From: Nanobdellati archaeon
Lineage (GTDB): Archaea > EX4484-52 > WAPT01
Assembly: GCA_015520605.1 (NCBI GenBank)
Contig: WAPT01000010.1
Location: forward strand, 1-28,974
Direction of reading: 5' to 3'
Length of the DNA: 28,974 nucleotides
This document shows positions 25,363 to 28,974 of the stretch, piece after piece. The position numbers and the translations under genes were made by a program. Position 1 is the first letter of the stretch. Each line of letters begins with the position of its first letter. The notes below the pieces were generated by a model. It was not told the origin of the DNA and ran no database searches. It was given only the letters and a program-made list of their open reading frames with translations.

Positions 25363-25941
25363 TCAAAGCCTGAGGGCCTGTATGAATTCCTCAGCCGCTT
25401 CCTTAAGCCTGTTCTGTCTGTTCTGGATTATCTTAAGCCTCGCGCCACTCATGGCTGAATAAGCTACAGCATACATTCTGTTGAACTGCTGGTACATGTC
25501 TATATCTTTCTCGAAATCGTAACCCCTCACTCTGGTTTTATCGGCTTCCTGTCTCATCCTGATCTCCTCCGCAGGAGCTTCAATGATTATTATTCTGGAA
25601 GGTCTTAACCTTTCGAGCACGTAGGTGGGAAGTCCGGGATAAAATCCAGAGGGCGTCATCAGTGACATGTGTGTTGTCACGATGATTCTGCCTTCCTCCT
25701 CCGCTATTTTTTCGGCTGCCATTTTTTGATACTTGACATAGGTATCCTGATCAACCTTAGCTCTTATCTCATCTTTGTGTTCCACTATACCGTCCTTTTT
25801 CATCAGCTCGAAGAGAACGTCACCAAAATTTACTATCTTGTACCGTTCTCCTTCTTCCGCCATCTTCCTGAGAGCAAGCTCAGCGACGCTCGTTTTTCCT
25901 GCCCCGGGCACTCCAGCGAGAATCACAATCTCCTCCGCCAT
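25363..25941 (-). CDS. adkA: Adenylate kinase (archaeal type)
   Basis: GVPGAGKT, VNFGD, TH...TPSGFYPGLP and AYSAMSGA motifs. Confidence 0.92.
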   Translation of the reverse strand: MAEEIVILAGVPGAGKTSVAELALRKMAEEGERYKIVNFGDVLFELMKKDGIVEHKDEIRAKVDQDTYVKYQKMAAEKIAEEEGRIIVTTHMSLMTPSGFYPGLPTYVLERLRPSRIIIIEAPAEEIRMRQEADKTRVRGYDFEKDIDMYQQFNRMYAVAYSAMSGARLKIIQNRQNRLKEAAEEFIQALRL

Positions 25942-26096
25942 AACACACCACCATCAAGCCGACGTGATATAGTTAGTATGGTATTTTTGTTCTTTTCTTC
26001 CACATTTAAAAGAGTTTCCCAAAGTGTGACTGAATCGTCAGATTATGGCCACGCCAGGAAATCATAAGTCGCATGAACAAGTTTGTCATTCACAGT

Positions 26097-26432
26097 TTAC
26101 TGCTCGCTGAGCATCTTTTCCAGCTGCTGCCTGAAGAGCTGTTTCGGCATAGCTCCGACAATCCTGCCAGCCTCCCTACCGTCTTTGAATACTATGAAGG
26201 TGGGTATGCTCATTACCCCGAATCTTCTGGCAAGCTCTATGATTTCATCAATGTTCACCTTGTAAAACTTTACGTTTTCCATTTCTCTCGCTAACTCCTC
26301 GAGCACAGGACCCATCATCCTGCACGGCATACACCACTCAGCCCAGAAATCCACCACCACGGGCATGCTGCTTTTCATCACCTTATTCTCGAAGTCCTCA
26401 ACACTTTTTATTTCCTCCACCTTGCCGCTCAT
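26097..26432 (-). CDS. trxA: Thioredoxin
   Basis: [16 protein letters not shown] and SIPT motifs; SD GGAGGG upstream. Confidence 0.95.
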   Translation of the reverse strand: MSGKVEEIKSVEDFENKVMKSSMPVVVDFWAEWCMPCRMMGPVLEELAREMENVKFYKVNIDEIIELARRFGVMSIPTFIVFKDGREAGRIVGAMPKQLFRQQLEKMLSEQ

Positions 26433-26452
26433 GGTCACCAACCCTCCTTTTT

Positions 26453-26489
26453 AGTTTTTGCAAGATGTATTATATCTCATGCAAAAACT
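26453..26489. promoter_or_regulatory. Inverted repeat (operator candidate) in the divergent trxA/HTH promoter region
   Basis: AGTTTTTGCA (26453-26462) and TGCAAAAACT (26480-26489) form perfect 10-bp arms around an inner AGATGTA-T-TATATCT near-palindrome. It abuts TTTAAATA at 26489-26496. Confidence 0.6.
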
Positions 26490-26520
26490 TTAAATATGGA
26501 TTCTCATAAACCTTAAAACC

Positions 26521-26919
26521 ATGGTCAAGAAAAAGAGGGCGAAGCAGGAAAGGATCAGGATAGAAACAAAGATAAGAAGCATAGAGAGTATCGCTGAGTT
26601 CCTCAAAAAATTCTACGGTCTTAGACCTGCAGAGATCGAGTGCTTCGTGCTGCTACTCACATATGGGAAGGAGATAAAAGTGGATGATGTAGCGGAAAAG
26701 ACGGGTAAGACCAAAATTACAGTTAACAGGATACTGCTCGAGCTTTACGAAAGAGGTCTCGTGGAAAGAGAAGCCAAATGCTGTACCGGAGGCAAACGTG
26801 GAAGGTATTTTGTGTACAGAACCCCATCTCCCCGCGTGCTGAAGGAAAAATTCCTATGTGATCTGAAGGAAAAGACGGAATCTCTGCTCGAGCTTGTGAA
26901 GCGCGGGTTCGAAGGATAA
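26521..26919 (+). CDS. Winged-HTH transcriptional regulator (TrmB/MarR-like)
   Basis: YGL..AEIECF, VDDVAEKTGKTKITVNRILLELYERGLVER and GRYFVY motifs. Confidence 0.88.
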   Translation: MVKKKRAKQERIRIETKIRSIESIAEFLKKFYGLRPAEIECFVLLLTYGKEIKVDDVAEKTGKTKITVNRILLELYERGLVEREAKCCTGGKRGRYFVYRTPSPRVLKEKFLCDLKEKTESLLELVKRGFEG

Positions 26920-27028
26920 AGGAAAGGATAAAAAGCGGGGAAGGTGACAGGAAGCTTTCTTCTTTACCAGCATTTAATTTTTATATACACCTTGAGTACA
27001 GAATTAAACTCAGAAATAAGACGAGAAA

Positions 27029-28438
27029 ATGGAAAATAAGCTGGTGTTAAAAACCATGGCGAAAGATACCATTCTCCAGAAAAAAATGGAAAAAATTGAG
27101 GAACAGCTCGAAAACTTAAAGGAAAAGGTCGATTTCCTTTTCATCGATCTCAATCAGAAGCTTGAGACTGTCGAGGAGGACTTTACAAACTTCAAAAAGA
27201 AGCTTTCCCCGGAGAAGCTGAAAGAGCTGGAAAGTTCTGATTTTCTGAAAAGGCTCAACGAAATTGAGGTGAAGCTCACAGATATAGAAAACAATGACCT
27301 TGTGCTAAAGCTGGAGGTGTTGAAAGCCTCCGAGGAGATAGCACTCCTACAGGAAAACATGGATAAGTTCAAGGAAACGGTGGAACTTGTTCTTCAAGGC
27401 CTTAAAAATCTTGAGAAATTGGACGTTCTGGAAAAAATAGACGTTGAAAAGATTCTGAATCTCACGAACGCCGTGGAAGATCTCAAATCAAGAGTAGATG
27501 ACATACAGGTTAAGTATGCAAAATTGCTGGATGTTGCGGAGGTGAGAAAGAGAGTCGAAGACCTAAACCAGCTGCTGAACGCTCTCCAGGAAGACGTAAA
27601 GAAACTCACCACCACATCACCACCTTCGGCAAAAACCTCTATGCAAGCATCAGCACCCTCCGCAACTTCACAAACCACCTCCAATCTCCAGATCGAGGTG
27701 ACCAAGATAAACAACCAGATAAAGCTCATAAACCAGAGGCTGCTCCAGCTTGAGAAAGATATCAGCTCTTTGAAGCTAAGGCCGGGGACGATAATTCCCG
27801 CACAGACACCCCCGCAAACGGCGCATAAAACACCACAGTCCGCTATCCAAACGCCACAGACATCACTTTCGGAGCTAAAGGCCGAGATTAACAACATAAA
27901 GGAAAAAATGAACGAGCTCGAAAAAAGGGTCTCGGAGTTCGGATCAAAGACTTCATCCGCACAGAGTTCAGTCAAACTCCCAGCCACTTCTCCACCATCC
28001 ATGCAGGTAGCATCACCTCCATCTGTAAGGGTTGTGGCTCCCGCACCCGTCCAGCTCAGAGAGCTGGAGATGTTGAAGCAGCAGCTTAACAACTTACGGA
28101 CTCTGTATTCCAAACTCAGCGTGGATGTGGGGGAACTTAAAAAGACTCTTGAATCTCTGAAGAGAACCCCGCCATCTTCAGGGACAGGATCAAAACCCCA
28201 GCCCATTCCCTCAATACCAGCAACCACCACCGTGCCTGGCTCTTCATCAACTCGCTCTCCAGAAAGTAGGAAAGTGCGAGAGGATCTGAGTGAGATTAAG
28301 AGAAGAGTTACCGCTCTTTCTTCCCAAACGGAGGAGAGGATAACAAAGATCGAGAAGGACTTGGAAACAAGGATGGACCTTCTTGATAGTAAACTGCGTG
28401 AAATTGAAGATCCAAAAAAAATGAGAATGCGAAGGTAA
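27029..28438 (+). CDS. Long coiled-coil protein with Pro/Ser/Thr-rich linkers, probably C-terminally truncated by a frameshift
   Basis: Heptad-rich segments alternate with TSPPS/QTP linkers; the ORF ends shortly after an A8 run. Confidence 0.8.
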   Translation: MENKLVLKTMAKDTILQKKMEKIEEQLENLKEKVDFLFIDLNQKLETVEEDFTNFKKKLSPEKLKELESSDFLKRLNEIEVKLTDIENNDLVLKLEVLKASEEIALLQENMDKFKETVELVLQGLKNLEKLDVLEKIDVEKILNLTNAVEDLKSRVDDIQVKYAKLLDVAEVRKRVEDLNQLLNALQEDVKKLTTTSPPSAKTSMQASAPSATSQTTSNLQIEVTKINNQIKLINQRLLQLEKDISSLKLRPGTIIPAQTPPQTAHKTPQSAIQTPQTSLSELKAEINNIKEKMNELEKRVSEFGSKTSSAQSSVKLPATSPPSMQVASPPSVRVVAPAPVQLRELEMLKQQLNNLRTLYSKLSVDVGELKKTLESLKRTPPSSGTGSKPQPIPSIPATTTVPGSSSTRSPESRKVREDLSEIKRRVTALSSQTEERITKIEKDLETRMDLLDSKLREIEDPKKMRMRR

Positions 28439-28974
28439 AGCATTAAAATTTTAATTAAAAACTACATCCACACCACGATAAAGGACATGGAGAATCTGTT
28501 TGTTAAAAAAGCAGGGGCTTGATTTGAAAAGTAATAGGGAAGTCCGCGGTCTGAAATTGAGGAACTGAAGATCGAACTAAAACCATACAGTTAAAGAAAA
28601 GAAAAATGATAAAGAAAAATGTGCCAGCGAAGCTCTCATTGAAAAAATTATCTCAATAGAAGATTAAACAAAACTCCCGAACTCCGAAACGAGCTTCTCG
28701 TAGACATAAAAAGTCTACCATGTATGAGAAAGAATATAAAGATAAAGATACAAGATTGATTTGTAAGATTCAGAATGATATCGGCATCTGATAGAAAAGA
28801 TGGTGACTATGAAAAAAGTCATAGAGGTACTTGCAGAATCCGGAAAAACCGATGAAAACAGTATTGAAAAATTAAATGAAAAACTTGAAAAAATCTCAAA
28901 AAAAATTTCGCCCACTCCTAGCAAAAGGGTTAACTACGAAGCTCTGGAAAAAATGATTACGGAAAGCCAAAGAA
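28439..28974 (+). pseudogene. Fragmented continuation of a coiled-coil gene running off the window
   Basis: Short K/E/L-rich pieces in shifting frames: SIKILIKNYIHTTIKDMENLFVKK, SEIEELKIELK, LRNELLVDIKSL, KIQNDIGI, and LIEKMVTMKKVIEVLAES...EALEKMITESQR, which is open to the end. Confidence 0.6.

Noticed and set aside
26038-26048. TCAGATTATGG match to the CRISPR-like repeat (positions 10-20)
   Set aside because: Only 11 nt, the flanks do not match, and it is compatible with chance.
27394-28443. 349-aa minus-strand ORF
   Set aside because: Antisense shadow of the low-complexity coiled-coil gene.
1-28974. tRNA/rRNA genes, transposases, integrases, cas genes
   Set aside because: No cloverleaf with a T-loop motif in the intergenic gaps and no recognisable mobile-element or Cas motifs in the ORFs.

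Overview
Archaeal chromosomal segment, inferred to be DPANN-like (possibly Aenigmatarchaeota), dominated by housekeeping genes. These are a NusA-like KH protein, ABCE1/RLI, a YkgJ-type CxxCxxCC protein, a UPF0200/CoaE-like kinase, an AlkA-type glycosylase, Hef, a Nudix hydrolase, rpoE'-spt4-rps24e-rps27ae, kae1, Hel308, Mrp/NBP35, an MBL hydrolase, a RecJ/HAN-like DHH nuclease, cmk, a radical SAM protein, a PP2C phosphatase, an M42 peptidase, adk, thioredoxin, an HTH regulator and a long coiled-coil protein. Features not captured by the ORF track: (1) a single 30-bp CRISPR-type repeat at the left edge next to an AT-rich gene remnant; (2) a 130-bp exactly identical repeat in the two ATPase cores of ABCE1; (3) a two-gene small-membrane-protein module present twice, one copy frameshifted; (4) rps27ae with an apparent ATA start, an upstream palindrome and a downstream ~115-nt structured RNA candidate; (5) a box C/D sRNA-like element; (6) an inverted-repeat operator candidate between trxA and a Cys-Cys HTH regulator. 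Several frameshifts in short homopolymers, dense at the right edge, suggest that some indels are sequencing errors. All calls are from motif reading only; no database searches were run.
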